Part shown: piece after piece, positions 15,066-24,506 of the stretch | Layout: every line of letters begins with the position of its first letter | How positions within the stretch are numbered: the first letter of the stretch is position 1 | NCBI GenBank assembly: GCA_947174955.1 | Contig: CAMWKX010000001.1 | Coordinates: forward strand, 1-33,263 | Direction of reading: 5' to 3' | DNA: 33,263 nucleotides | Source of the DNA: an uncultured Clostridia bacterium | GTDB lineage: Bacteria > Bacillota > Clostridia > Christensenellales > Borkfalkiaceae | Translations under genes and position numbers: made by a program | Notes under the pieces: model-generated | Databases searched by the model: none | Seen by the model: the letters and a program-made list of their open reading frames with translations, nothing else | Told to the model about the DNA's origin: nothing

Positions 15066-15659
15066 ATGACTAAGACCAACTCTAAAATATTGTTTTCGAC
15101 AAAGTGGATTGCGTACACCGCGCTGCTCACTGCGTTCGTGGTGGCAACCAACTTTATCCCCGCCGTACCAACCGTGGCGGGTAAAATTTACTGGGTGGAC
15201 GGCGTGGTTCTGCTTGCCGCTTACCTTATGGACCCCGTTGCCGCGTTTATTGCGGGCGGAGTCGGCTCGCTTTTGTACGACGTCTTTCAATCGCCGTCGA
15301 TGATGCTTCCTTCCCTTTTGATTCACGGATTGCAGGGTGCGGTCGTTTCCGCGCTGTTGCACCTCGTTCCTCCCAAAAATCTTGGCAAGTGGGAATGGAT
15401 AAAGGCTATAATCTGCTCGCTGGTCGGTGCGGTGATCGTGGTTACGGGCTATTTTATTTACAGAGCCGTCACGCGCGGCACGCCCGTTGCGGTGGCGAGT
15501 ATTCCCCGCAACATAGTTCAGGAAATAATAGGCATTTCGATTGCTATGGTGCTGTGCTACGCCACTACCTTTAAAATGCAGCTCGAAAAAAACGGACTTC
15601 TGCCCGACTTCAAGCGGGAAATCATATATAAAAACGGAGATACAGAAAATGAAAACTAA
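15066..15659 (+). CDS. ECF-transporter substrate-specific (S) component, probably vitamin B6 related
   Basis: 197-aa protein with about 6 TM helices, of ECF S-component size and hydrophobicity. It overlaps the pyridoxal kinase gene by 11 nt and is divergent from pdxR. The substrate assignment is inferred from context. Confidence 0.65.
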   Translation: MTKTNSKILFSTKWIAYTALLTAFVVATNFIPAVPTVAGKIYWVDGVVLLAAYLMDPVAAFIAGGVGSLLYDVFQSPSMMLPSLLIHGLQGAVVSALLHLVPPKNLGKWEWIKAIICSLVGAVIVVTGYFIYRAVTRGTPVAVASIPRNIVQEIIGISIAMVLCYATTFKMQLEKNGLLPDFKREIIYKNGDTENEN

Positions 15660-16449
15660 GAGAATTTTAACGATGCAGGATTTATCGTGCGTGGGACAGT
15701 GCTCGCTTACGGTGGCACTGCCCATACTTTCGCGCTACGGGATTGAAACGTGCGTACTGCCCACGGCGGTGCTATCCAACCACACTATGTTCAAGGGCTG
15801 GAGTTATCTCGACCTCACTCCCGAGTTGCCCGCTATTTACGAGAACTGGAAGAACAATAATATCAAGTTCGACGCGTTCCTTTTGGGGTACCTTGGCAAA
15901 GCCGAGCTTATGGCTCTGGCGGAAAAGTGCTTCGACGAATTTTCTTGCGAGGGCGCGCCCGTCATAATCGACCCCGTGTTTGCCGACAACGGCAAGCTTT
16001 ACGGCGGGTTCGATTTAGCTTACGTTGCCGAAATGCGCAAGCTGATTAAACGCGCGGACATAATTCTGCCCAACGTTACCGAAGCGTGCTTTTTAACGGA
16101 TACGGAATATAAAGAAGACCACGACGAAGAGTTTGTTAAGCTTCTTGCCGAAAAGCTTGCGGCTTTGACGAACGGCACGGTTATTATTACGGGATTGGAA
16201 AAGGACGGGAAAATCGGCGAACTAATTTACCGCGGCGGCAAATCCGAAAATGTTCTGCTTGAAAAACTGCCCGCAAAGCGGCACGGCACGGGCGATATTT
16301 TCGCCTCGGTGTTCACTGCAAGCTATCTGGGCGGCGCAAGTCTTGCGGAAAGTTGCCGCGCGGCAAGTCAATTTGTTATAGACTGCCTCAAAAACACCGA
16401 CCCCGACCACTTCTACGGCGTCAACTTCGAAAAGGTACTGAGTAAATAA
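15649..16449 (+). CDS. pdxK: Pyridoxal/pyridoxamine kinase
   Basis: The start is placed at ATG 15649 (MKTKRILTMQDLSCVGQCSLTVALPILS) after a GGAGA Shine-Dalgarno. This is the ribokinase-like PdxK/PdxY family, with a C-terminal GTGDIFAS anion-hole motif. Confidence 0.85.
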   Translation: MKTKRILTMQDLSCVGQCSLTVALPILSRYGIETCVLPTAVLSNHTMFKGWSYLDLTPELPAIYENWKNNNIKFDAFLLGYLGKAELMALAEKCFDEFSCEGAPVIIDPVFADNGKLYGGFDLAYVAEMRKLIKRADIILPNVTEACFLTDTEYKEDHDEEFVKLLAEKLAALTNGTVIITGLEKDGKIGELIYRGGKSENVLLEKLPAKRHGTGDIFASVFTASYLGGASLAESCRAASQFVIDCLKNTDPDHFYGVNFEKVLSK

Positions 16450-16450
16450 A

Positions 16451-16480
16451 TTGACATTATAAAACTGCAAATGTTATCAT
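16451..16480 (+). promoter_or_regulatory. rtcB promoter: TTGACA-18 nt-TGtTATCAT (extended -10)
   Basis: TTGACAttataaaactgcaaaTGtTATCAT starts 2 nt after the pdxK stop. The AAGGTGAG Shine-Dalgarno is at 16490-16497. Confidence 0.5.
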
Positions 16481-16500
16481 AATGTCGATAAGGTGAGATT

Positions 16501-17685
16501 ATGAACTACGATTTGCAGATATTTACCGAAAATATAGAGCCCGAAGCGGTCAACCAGATTTACACGCTGATTGCACAGCCCCCCTTTGCGGGGTCGCGGG
16601 TGCGCATTATGCCCGACGTTCACGCGGGTACGGGGTGCGTCGTCGGCTTTACGGCACAGCTTACTGACAAGATTATCCCCAACGTTTTAGGCGTTGATTT
16701 GGGTTGCGGTATGCTGACCGTCGAACTCGGCAAGGCGGATTTTTCGCTTGAAGAGCTTGATAAATTTATCAAAGCCAAGATCCCCAGCGGTACGGCGTGC
16801 CGCAAGGAATTCAACGGCGTGGAGCTTATCAAAAAGCTGTACTGCTTTAAAGACCTTCGCGACTTCGACAGACTGTACGGCTCTTTGGGAACGCTCGGCG
16901 GCGGCAATCACTTTATAGAAGTCGACCGCGACGACGACGGCAACCGCTATTTAGTCATTCACAGCGGCTCGCGGAACTTAGGGTTGCAGGTGGCGAAAAT
17001 TTATCAGAAGCTCGCCGTCAACGACTGCAAATTCTGCGCCGAAGAGGAACGCACGGCGGTCACGGAAAAGCTTAAAAACTGCGGTAAGCAAGGGGATATT
17101 CCCGAGGCAATCGCGCAGGTCAACGCGAAATACGCGCACAAAACCAAGATACCCGCCGAGCTGTGCTACCTCGAAGGTAAGCATATGCAGGACTATATGC
17201 ACGATTTGCGCATATGCCAGCAGTTCGCCGTTTTAAGCCGCAGAAAGATGGCTGACGACATTCTTAAATTCCTGAAAATTTACCGCAGCGAAAGCTTCGA
17301 AACGGTGCACAACTTTATCGACGAGGACAACGTAATAAGAAAGGGCGCAATTCCAGCGCATAAGGGACAGCGCGTGCTTATACCTATGAATATGCGCGAC
17401 GGCTGCGTGATTGCGCGCGGCAAGGGCAACCCCGACTGGAACAATTCGGCACCCCACGGCGCGGGCAGACTTCTAAAGCGCAGCGAGGCGAAACTGCTTT
17501 TTACCGAGCAGGAATTCCAAGAGGAAATGCGCGGCGTTTACACCACCACCGCCACCGAAGCGACGATTGACGAATCGCCTATGGCGTATAAGCCTATGGA
17601 CGAAATCGTGGGGCTTATTTCCCCCACCGTCGAGATAGAAAAAATAATTAAACCCATTTACAACTTCAAAGCAGGTAATGAGTAA
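16501..17685 (+). CDS. rtcB: RtcB-family RNA 3'-phosphate ligase
   Basis: 394 aa with motifs GGGNHFIEV, HSGSRNLG and APHGAGR. Confidence 0.9.
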   Translation: MNYDLQIFTENIEPEAVNQIYTLIAQPPFAGSRVRIMPDVHAGTGCVVGFTAQLTDKIIPNVLGVDLGCGMLTVELGKADFSLEELDKFIKAKIPSGTACRKEFNGVELIKKLYCFKDLRDFDRLYGSLGTLGGGNHFIEVDRDDDGNRYLVIHSGSRNLGLQVAKIYQKLAVNDCKFCAEEERTAVTEKLKNCGKQGDIPEAIAQVNAKYAHKTKIPAELCYLEGKHMQDYMHDLRICQQFAVLSRRKMADDILKFLKIYRSESFETVHNFIDEDNVIRKGAIPAHKGQRVLIPMNMRDGCVIARGKGNPDWNNSAPHGAGRLLKRSEAKLLFTEQEFQEEMRGVYTTTATEATIDESPMAYKPMDEIVGLISPTVEIEKIIKPIYNFKAGNE

Positions 17686-17690
17686 AATAA

Positions 17691-17724
17691 GCCCCGCGGC
17701 ATTATGCCACGGGGCGTTTTTGTT
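17691..17724. terminator. Bidirectional intrinsic terminator (rtcB / icd)
   Basis: gccccgcggc-attat-gccacggggc forms a stem with one mismatch. It is followed by gtttttgtt on the plus strand and preceded by ttatttt in minus-strand sense. Confidence 0.75.
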
Positions 17725-17725
17725 A

Positions 17726-18931
17726 TCAGAGTTTTTCCGCAATCTTTTTAAGGAAGCCTTCGCTGTCCAACTTGACAGGCGTAATACCTTCGCGTTTGAA
17801 AAGCGGAATTAAATCTCCCGTCATATAGCCGCTCTCGATTGTATCGATTGTGGCTTTTTCCAACTTCTTTGCAAAGTCGACAAGTTCGGGAATACCGTCC
17901 AGCTCGCCGCGCTTTGCAAGCGCGCCCGTCCACGCCCAGATGGTTGCAACCGAGTTGGTCGAAGTGCTTTCCCCCTCGCGCCATTTGTAGTAATGCCTCG
18001 TGACCGTGCCGTGCGCCGCCTCGAACTCGTACTTGCCGTCGGGAGATACGAGCACGCTGCTCATCATACCCAAAGAGCCGTACGCGGTTGCGACCATATC
18101 GCTCATAACGTCGCCGTCGTAATTCTTGCATACCCACAACACGCCGCCCTCGGACCGCACGATGCGCGCAACGATATCGTCGATCAGCGTGTACATATAA
18201 TAGATGCCCGCCGCCTCGAATTTTTCGGCGTACTCGTTCTCGTAAATCTCTGCGAAAATATCCTTGAAGCGGTGGTCGTACGTCTTGGAAATCGTGTCCT
18301 TCGCGCCCAGCCACATAGGAATTTTATTCTCCAACGCGTAGTTGAAACAGCTGCGCGCAAACGCTTCAATCGACTTGTCGAGGTTATGCACGCCCTGAAT
18401 TATGCCGTCGCCCTTGAACGAATGTATGAGCTTGCGCTCCACCTCGTTGCCGTCCTTATCGGTGATTACAAGGTAAGCGTTCTGCCCCGCCTGCACGCGG
18501 CTTTCGACCGAGTTGTAAATATCGCCGTACGCGTGACGGGCAAGCACGATGGGCTTAGTCCACGAGGGAACGTAAGGGGTTATGCCCTTAACGAGAATGG
18601 GCGCGCGGAAAACCGTGCCGTCCAGGATACGGCGGATAGTGCCGTTGGGGCTCTTCCACATCTGTTTGAGGTTGTATTCTTTAACCCTCTGCGCGTTGGG
18701 TGTGATGGTCGCGCACTTGACCGCAACGCCGTAATTTAAGGTTGCGCGCGCGCTGTCCTCGGTCACCTTGTCGTCGGTTTTATCCCTTTCGGGCAGACCG
18801 AGGTCGTAATATTCGGTCTTTAAATCAACGTAGGGTTCGATTAAAATCTCTTTGATCCACTTCCACAGAACGCGGGTCATTTCGTCGCCGTCCATCTCCA
18901 CGAGCGGCGTTGTCATCTTTATCTTTGCCAT
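17726..18931 (-). CDS. icd: NADP-dependent isocitrate dehydrogenase (eukaryote-like type II)
   Basis: 401 aa. The N-terminus [20 protein letters not shown]...[17 protein letters not shown] and the overall length are characteristic of the IDH1-like subfamily. Confidence 0.9.
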   Translation of the reverse strand: MAKIKMTTPLVEMDGDEMTRVLWKWIKEILIEPYVDLKTEYYDLGLPERDKTDDKVTEDSARATLNYGVAVKCATITPNAQRVKEYNLKQMWKSPNGTIRRILDGTVFRAPILVKGITPYVPSWTKPIVLARHAYGDIYNSVESRVQAGQNAYLVITDKDGNEVERKLIHSFKGDGIIQGVHNLDKSIEAFARSCFNYALENKIPMWLGAKDTISKTYDHRFKDIFAEIYENEYAEKFEAAGIYYMYTLIDDIVARIVRSEGGVLWVCKNYDGDVMSDMVATAYGSLGMMSSVLVSPDGKYEFEAAHGTVTRHYYKWREGESTSTNSVATIWAWTGALAKRGELDGIPELVDFAKKLEKATIDTIESGYMTGDLIPLFKREGITPVKLDSEGFLKKIAEKL

Positions 18932-18989
18932 TTTTCTTTCCTCTTTGCTTTTCTATATTTTACTATAAAAGTGCAAAGCGTGGCAAGCG

Positions 18990-20090
18990 TTATTTCTTAA
19001 TATTTGTATTTGGTTTGATATTGTTTAATATCCCCGTGGAAATTACCCGCCTTTTTCTCTGAGCGGCAAAGTCGGATTTCGCCTGCTCTATGCACGAGCA
19101 CAGCACGCCGTAAAAGCTCTTGTAGCTGTCGGACAAAAGGTACTGCGAAAGCGAGCCGGGCACGGTATTTATCTCGCTTAAATAGCATTGACCGCCATAT
19201 ATTATGTAATCAAACCGCACAATGCCACGCATATTCAGCGCCGAATATACCCGCGCGGTTTCGTTTTTAATACTTTCGGCAACGGAGCTTTCAAGCTCTG
19301 CGGGGAATTTCCGCGTGCCGCCCCCGCAGTACTTATCGTCATAGGATAAAAGCGCGCCGTCGGACGAAACCTCTTCGCATTCCGAGGTCATTACCGCACC
19401 GTTCGGGCAATAAACCGCGCAATTTATCTCTTTTATGGGCGAAAAGTACTCCTCTATAAGCACTCCGCCGTCAAGCTCGAAAGCGGTGATAAGCGCCTCT
19501 TTCAGCTCCTTTTCGTCGTCGCATTTGACTATGCCTATACTCGAACCCAAAGTGGCAGGTTTGACGATTACGGGGTATCCTACGGTCTTTGCGCCCTCGA
19601 TTGCCCCCGTAATATCCCGCGAATAAGCGTATTTTGCGAGTTTTACACCCAGACTTTGCAGCACGAGTTTGGTATAGTATTTATCCATAAACGCCGCACT
19701 TTCGAACAGCCCCGCCGAGGCTATCGGCAGGTTCAGAAGATTGCACAGCCCCGAAACTCCGCCGCTCTCGCCCGCACCGCCGTGACAGCAATTGATAACG
19801 CACCCGCAAGGCGCGGTGTATTTGGGCTTGCCGTGTGAGTTGAAAATAATCACTCCGCCGTCGCAAAAACCGCACTGCGGAATTTTTTTGTAACCGCCGT
19901 TTTTATAGATTGAAACGTCGGAGAGCTCTTCGCCCGCATACAGTTTGCCGCCGTGGTCGATATACACCGGCAGTACGCTTTTACCACCCTTTTTAAGTAC
20001 GTTGCAGACCATCGTGCCCGTGATTACGGACACCTCGTTTTCACTTGAAATTCCGCCGAAGATTACGGCGACGTCATAATTTTTTTGCAT
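18990..20090 (-). CDS. ddl: D-alanine--D-alanine ligase
   Basis: 366 aa with an ATP-grasp fold. The N-terminus is VAVIFGGISSENEVSVITG and the C-terminal motif is LSEINTVPGS. The gene is adjacent to the murF-like gene. Confidence 0.9.
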   Translation of the reverse strand: MQKNYDVAVIFGGISSENEVSVITGTMVCNVLKKGGKSVLPVYIDHGGKLYAGEELSDVSIYKNGGYKKIPQCGFCDGGVIIFNSHGKPKYTAPCGCVINCCHGGAGESGGVSGLCNLLNLPIASAGLFESAAFMDKYYTKLVLQSLGVKLAKYAYSRDITGAIEGAKTVGYPVIVKPATLGSSIGIVKCDDEKELKEALITAFELDGGVLIEEYFSPIKEINCAVYCPNGAVMTSECEEVSSDGALLSYDDKYCGGGTRKFPAELESSVAESIKNETARVYSALNMRGIVRFDYIIYGGQCYLSEINTVPGSLSQYLLSDSYKSFYGVLCSCIEQAKSDFAAQRKRRVISTGILNNIKPNTNIKK

Positions 20091-20150
20091 AAAAAAATCA
20101 CCTCCGCAAAATATTTTTTCGCTTTGGTGAAATCAGTTTTAAAAATATTT

Positions 20151-21752
20151 TTAGTTATATATCTCGGGCAGGTCGTTTAAGAACAACACGCAATCGCCCT
20201 TAGCAATTATATCCTTTATCACGTCCTGAGCCGCAGCAAGCGAGGGAACGATTGTCAGTTTTTCGGGGTCGCCGCCCGCTTTTATATATCCGTTTTTGAC
20301 CGCCGTCACAAGCGTTTCGCCGACTAAAATAACGTAGTCCAACCCGACGAGTTCGCCGCCCAGCGCCTCGTTTTCGCTTTCTTCCAGAATGCCCAGTTCA
20401 ACCAAACCGGGGGTCACGGCAATCTTTTTGCCGCCGAAATATTTCAATACGGTTATCGCCGCCTTAGCTCCGACCACGTTTGAGTTGTAGCCGTCGTCCA
20501 GAATACTTACGCCGTTATTTTCTATGAGTTGCAGACGGTGTTCGGTGAAACTAAGCTCGCCTACCGCCTCGGCAATTGAGTTTAAATCCACTCCCATTGC
20601 AAACGCTGCCTGCGCGCATAAACCTATGTTGTACGCGCTGTGCTCACCCAAAAGCACCGTCTTGACGCGCTTGCTCTCGCCGCCGAGCGTAAGCGTAAAT
20701 TCCGTACCCGTGCAGTCGGCTTTTATATCCGACACGCAGTCGCAAACAATCTTTTCACCGCCGAAATCTTTGAAACGTTCAAAGCAGTCCGCCGCTATCA
20801 CGCAACAGTTTTTCGTACCCGAAATAATCTCGCCCTTTGCCGCAACTATGTTTTCAAGTGTTTTAAAGGTTTCCAGATGTTGCGGGCAGATACCCGTTAT
20901 AAGCGAATAGTCGGGCGGGCAGATTGCGCACAGCTCGGCGATATCCCCCTTGTGCCGCGCGCCCATTTCGGCAATCAGCACGTCGTAATCCTTCAAATCG
21001 TTGCCGTTGACCGTGCGGGCGATGCCCAGCGGGGTATTGAACGACGAGGGCGTTTTAAGCACTCTGTACTTTTTGGCAAGCATAGCGGCAAGAATATTCT
21101 TTGCTCCCGTCTTGCCGTAACTGCCCGTAATGCCCACGACCTTGATATCCGCCGCCGCAACCGCGCGCCTTGCTTTTTTGACGTACGACTTGTTTTTCGG
21201 CGTTTCCCATATCAAAGTTATAAGGTTTGCAAGGCAAATAACGGGGATAATTATGAGCGGCATTACCGCCAGCACGCTGTATTTGAGCGTTGCAAACAGC
21301 CGCGCGCCCCACGCGTATTCGCCGAAATTTAAGAGCGTTACGACGAGATAGGTCAGCACCGCAAAGGTCAGCCATAGGGTCACAAGCAGGCGCTTGAACC
21401 TCGGAGTGAGCGTTGCATTGTTTTTAATTGCGCGGCGGCTTTCGGCAACCAGATACAGTACGAAGAAAATAAGATATGCAGTCAGACCTATAACCGCCGC
21501 CCAGTGCGCGCCGGCAAAACCGAAGCACAGAGAAACGACCGCCGAGGCAAGCGCCGTGGCTATGGCAAGCAGTGAAAAACGCGCCTGAGTTAAATTATTC
21601 TTCCGCCCCGCCCAGCCGAAAAGCTTGGAGCCTTTATAGCCGAAGCCTTGCAGAATGCCCAGCGTTTTAAAAGCGGTCAAGCTTAAAAAGCACGCGAACA
21701 CGACCGCGATAAGCACGCACTCCAATGTAGTTTGCCAGTTAATAAAAAACAT
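20151..21752 (-). CDS. murF: MurF-like Mur ligase with a 5-TM N-terminal extension of about 190 aa replacing the usual soluble N-domain
   Basis: 533 aa. The P-loop VVGITGSYGKTGAKN sits at about residue 205. The central and C-terminal Mur ligase motifs are FNTPLGIA, IAEMGARHKGDI, QHLETF, DDGYNSN and GLVELG. The first ~190 aa are five hydrophobic helices. Confidence 0.75.
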   Translation of the reverse strand: MFFINWQTTLECVLIAVVFACFLSLTAFKTLGILQGFGYKGSKLFGWAGRKNNLTQARFSLLAIATALASAVVSLCFGFAGAHWAAVIGLTAYLIFFVLYLVAESRRAIKNNATLTPRFKRLLVTLWLTFAVLTYLVVTLLNFGEYAWGARLFATLKYSVLAVMPLIIIPVICLANLITLIWETPKNKSYVKKARRAVAAADIKVVGITGSYGKTGAKNILAAMLAKKYRVLKTPSSFNTPLGIARTVNGNDLKDYDVLIAEMGARHKGDIAELCAICPPDYSLITGICPQHLETFKTLENIVAAKGEIISGTKNCCVIAADCFERFKDFGGEKIVCDCVSDIKADCTGTEFTLTLGGESKRVKTVLLGEHSAYNIGLCAQAAFAMGVDLNSIAEAVGELSFTEHRLQLIENNGVSILDDGYNSNVVGAKAAITVLKYFGGKKIAVTPGLVELGILEESENEALGGELVGLDYVILVGETLVTAVKNGYIKAGGDPEKLTIVPSLAAAQDVIKDIIAKGDCVLFLNDLPEIYN

Positions 21753-21755
21753 ATA

Positions 21756-22487
21756 TTACTCTCTTAAAAATTCCAGCAAAAGCTCGTTAAACCTTTCGCT
21801 GTTTTCGCTGAAACAGAAATGTCCGCCCTCTATGATTTCAAGACGGCTCCCCGCGATAAGCGAATGAAAAATTTCGCCCTCTTCGGTCGGCGGAGTCACC
21901 GTATCGTTTTTGCCGTAAATAAGCAGAGTCGGCGCGCTCACCTTTGCGGCGCAGCCGCGCAAATCCTCGTTGACAATCAGCTTGTAGCTCTCTTTCATAA
22001 GCGGCGATAAAGTACGGTATTCCTCGCTGCCGAAATGCTTTTCGGCGTACCTCGGGAACAGCTTTTTTACCCGCCTGTACCACTTTATGCGCCGCATATA
22101 TGCGGGTGAACGCGGCTTTACCAGCCCCGCTCCGCCCGTAATTATAAGCTTTTTAACAAGCTCTTGGTTTTCGGCAAGCAGTTTAAATATCACCCTTGCG
22201 CCGAACGAATGAGCAACGACGTTGCAGCCGTCAAGCCCTTTTGCCGTCATAAAATCTCTGAGCCAGCGAGCGTAATCGCCCACCGCCCAAGCCGTAACAA
22301 TTTGCGAACTTTGCCCGAAAGCGGGCATATCGGGCGCAATCACGCGGTAGCCGTTTTTCGCCAAAAAATCAATCTGATAATAAAAACTTTCCTTGTTAGA
22401 AAGATAGCCGTGCAGAAAAAGCACGCACTCCCCCGCGCCCCTTTCGGTAACGCTTGCAAACCCGCCGTTTAAAAAAATGGCAATCAC
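21756..22487 (-). CDS. Alpha/beta-fold hydrolase
   Basis: 243 aa with the HG oxyanion motif FLHGYLSN and the nucleophile elbow AHSFGA. It has a GTG start at 22487, 8 nt after the rimI stop. Confidence 0.75.
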   Translation of the reverse strand: MIAIFLNGGFASVTERGAGECVLFLHGYLSNKESFYYQIDFLAKNGYRVIAPDMPAFGQSSQIVTAWAVGDYARWLRDFMTAKGLDGCNVVAHSFGARVIFKLLAENQELVKKLIITGGAGLVKPRSPAYMRRIKWYRRVKKLFPRYAEKHFGSEEYRTLSPLMKESYKLIVNEDLRGCAAKVSAPTLLIYGKNDTVTPPTEEGEIFHSLIAGSRLEIIEGGHFCFSENSERFNELLLEFLRE

Positions 22488-22495
22488 CCCGAAAT

Positions 22496-22939
22496 TTATT
22501 CGCGGTTAATCTCCTTTACCATCACAAGGCAGTCCTCGCCGTCGGAATAGTAGCGCGTGCGCGCGTGCACTCCTTTAAACCCGCAGGAAAGGTACAAAAG
22601 CATCGCCGCCGAGTTGGATACGCGCACTTCCAGAAAAACCTTCTCCGCGCCGCGCTCCTTCGCATTTTCCAAAAGAGCGTTTAAAATCGCCTTGCCTACG
22701 CCGCCCCGCCTGTACTCCTCGGCAACCAGCACGTTCTCCAGATCGCAGTTTTCCAGCGTGGTGCACGTGCAGCCGTAGCCGATAATTTCGCCGCCGTCTT
22801 CGGCAACCAGCATTTCGTAAGAAGGGTTTTCGAACGCCGAGGCAATGGTGCCGAAGCTCCAGCTCTCGCCCTTGAAACATTCCTTTTCAAGCTCGGAAAC
22901 GGATAAAATATCCTCGTATTTACACTTGCGGATTTTCAT
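22496..22939 (-). CDS. rimI: Ribosomal-protein-alanine N-acetyltransferase (GNAT)
   Basis: The start is placed at ATG 22939 (MKIRKCKYEDI), which forms an ATGA overlap with the tsaB stop. The GNAT acetyl-CoA motif is RRGGVGKAIL. The longer tracked ORF (to 23167) overlaps tsaB and is rejected. Confidence 0.8.
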   Translation of the reverse strand: MKIRKCKYEDILSVSELEKECFKGESWSFGTIASAFENPSYEMLVAEDGGEIIGYGCTCTTLENCDLENVLVAEEYRRGGVGKAILNALLENAKERGAEKVFLEVRVSNSAAMLLYLSCGFKGVHARTRYYSDGEDCLVMVKEINRE

Positions 22940-23559
22940 AGACCGTGTATGCGCTTTTCGCGCTCCTCCTCCGCCTGAGACTTCTTTACGTACAGCGCCG
23001 ACAGCGCTCCGCCACCGCTTTCCTCCGCTCTTAAAACCGCAGGCACAAGGCATTTTGCAGGGTCGAGCCGCGTGTAAAGCGGCAAATCCGTATCCCCAGT
23101 GCCGTACACGGGACGGGCAGTATTGATAATTTCTTCGGTCGAAAGACAGCAAGGCGGCAAATCGCACACGCCCTCCGCGTTGTAGCCGCAGACGTAGTAA
23201 TTGCCGTGCAAAGCGTCGATGGCTATAAGGTAATCACAACCGCTGTTGACATTATATGACAGCATATCGAACGTGGTGACGCCCACAGCAGGCTTGCCGA
23301 GAGCCACGGCGTAGCCCTTTATGCACGAAAGCCCTATGCGTATGCCCGTAAACGACCCCGGTCCCGTGACCGCGGCGAAAAAGTCGCAGTCCGCGGGAGT
23401 CAAACCCGCTTCGGCAAGCGCATTTTCTATCTCGTCCATAAGCACGACGGAGTGCTGCATAGCGCAGTCGGCTACGAATTTTACAACCTGTTTTTTGCCG
23501 TTGCACGCCGCCACGGTGAGATAGCCCGACGAGGTGTCGACCGCCAGAAAATTACTCAC
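22936..23559 (-). CDS. tsaB: tRNA t6A37 biosynthesis protein TsaB
   Basis: 207 aa. The N-terminus FLAVDTSSGYLTVA and the motif GPGSFTGIRIG are typical. The GTG start overlaps the tsaE stop by 8 nt. Confidence 0.85.
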   Translation of the reverse strand: MSNFLAVDTSSGYLTVAACNGKKQVVKFVADCAMQHSVVLMDEIENALAEAGLTPADCDFFAAVTGPGSFTGIRIGLSCIKGYAVALGKPAVGVTTFDMLSYNVNSGCDYLIAIDALHGNYYVCGYNAEGVCDLPPCCLSTEEIINTARPVYGTGDTDLPLYTRLDPAKCLVPAVLRAEESGGGALSALYVKKSQAEEEREKRIHGL

Positions 23560-23956
23560 AGATAATCTCCCTGTTTTCGGTGCTTATTTTTTTGATCGTT
23601 ACCGTTTTATGAGTTTCGGGAAGCACGTCGGCGATATTTTCCGCCCACTCGATAAGGCAGATGCCCTTGCCGCCGAAATAGTCGGTCAAGCCGAGGCTTT
23701 CCGCCTGCGCGCCGTTTTTCAGACGGTAGCAATCATAATGATACAGCTTGCCGTCGTAGTCGTTCATATACGCGTAGGTGGGGCTTAAAATTTCGGTCTT
23801 TATGCCCAGACCTTGAGCGACGCCCTTTACGAACACCGTTTTGCCCGCGCCCATTTCGCCGTTCAACAAAACGACGTCGCCGGCGCGCAGAGTTTTTGCA
23901 TATTGCTTTGCAAACAAAATCGTAGCTTTTTCGCTACCCGATAAATAAATAGCCAT
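23552..23956 (-). CDS. tsaE: tRNA t6A37 biosynthesis ATPase TsaE
   Basis: 134 aa with P-loop GEMGAGKTVFVKG and the motif YHYDCYRL. ATG at 23956, with no Shine-Dalgarno upstream. Confidence 0.85.
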   Translation of the reverse strand: MAIYLSGSEKATILFAKQYAKTLRAGDVVLLNGEMGAGKTVFVKGVAQGLGIKTEILSPTYAYMNDYDGKLYHYDCYRLKNGAQAESLGLTDYFGGKGICLIEWAENIADVLPETHKTVTIKKISTENREIICE

Positions 23957-23982
23957 ACGGGTACATTATACACCCGTATGGC
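23952..23982 (-). terminator. 11-bp hairpin at the island / tsaE junction (likely terminator of the island operon; its 3' arm contains the tsaE start codon)
   Basis: gccatacgggt (23952-23962) pairs with acccgtatggc (23972-23982) around a 9-nt loop. In minus-strand sense it is followed by TATTTATTTA, which are the first tsaE codons. Confidence 0.5.
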
Positions 23983-23993
23983 TTTGTTTGCAA
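23965..23993 (-). promoter_or_regulatory. tsaE promoter: TTGCAA-17 nt-TATAAT, with the -10 only 8 nt from the ATG
   Basis: The minus strand reads aaTTGCAAacaaagccatacgggtgTATAATgtacccgtATG. The -35 is at 23993-23988 and the -10 at 23970-23965. Confidence 0.5.
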
Positions 23994-24009
23994 TTGATTA
24001 AAGAGAAAA

Positions 24010-24462
24010 TTATTTTCTTATATTCAAAGGCGTTTTTTGAGAATTTAATATTTCTTTTTCTACTTTTTTATAGTCAATTGTTTCGCGAAAATACAACTCA
24101 CTTCTTTTCCCCTCTTTTGCCGCTTTGCATATTTCACCGTTAATACAGCAGTTTGTCGACCTACCACCTTCTTTATAGCAATTACTGATTCTTATTTTGC
24201 CGTAACACCAACTACTCCACCTCACGGCAAGATTATCCGTACTTCCTATATATTGTAATATACCATCTATATATAACGCGTACACGCCGGATTTGCCCTG
24301 TGCTTCTCTCGCCGTAAAGATACAATATTCATCATAACAGCGATTATGCACAGGCTTTTTAAAGTCGTTAAACTTGTCCGTTACAACGTTTCCGTTTTCA
24401 TCTCTTTGCGGTTTAATTTCTTCAACAAATTTAAACTCGTATCCGCCTATTGTTTTTATCAT
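24010..24462 (-). CDS. Stand-alone GIY-YIG nuclease-domain protein
   Basis: 150 aa from ATG 24462, with Shine-Dalgarno AAGAGG 9 nt upstream; the tracked TTG at 24471 is less likely. Motifs are GVYALYIDGILQYIGSTDNLAVRW (GIY...YIG...R) and a C-terminal VEKEILNSQKTPLN (E...N). The gene is AT-rich. Confidence 0.7.
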   Translation of the reverse strand: MIKTIGGYEFKFVEEIKPQRDENGNVVTDKFNDFKKPVHNRCYDEYCIFTAREAQGKSGVYALYIDGILQYIGSTDNLAVRWSSWCYGKIRISNCYKEGGRSTNCCINGEICKAAKEGKRSELYFRETIDYKKVEKEILNSQKTPLNIRK

Positions 24463-24506
24463 AATTCTCAACCTCTTTTGATTTTATTTAAAGCGCATAA
24501 AAAGCT

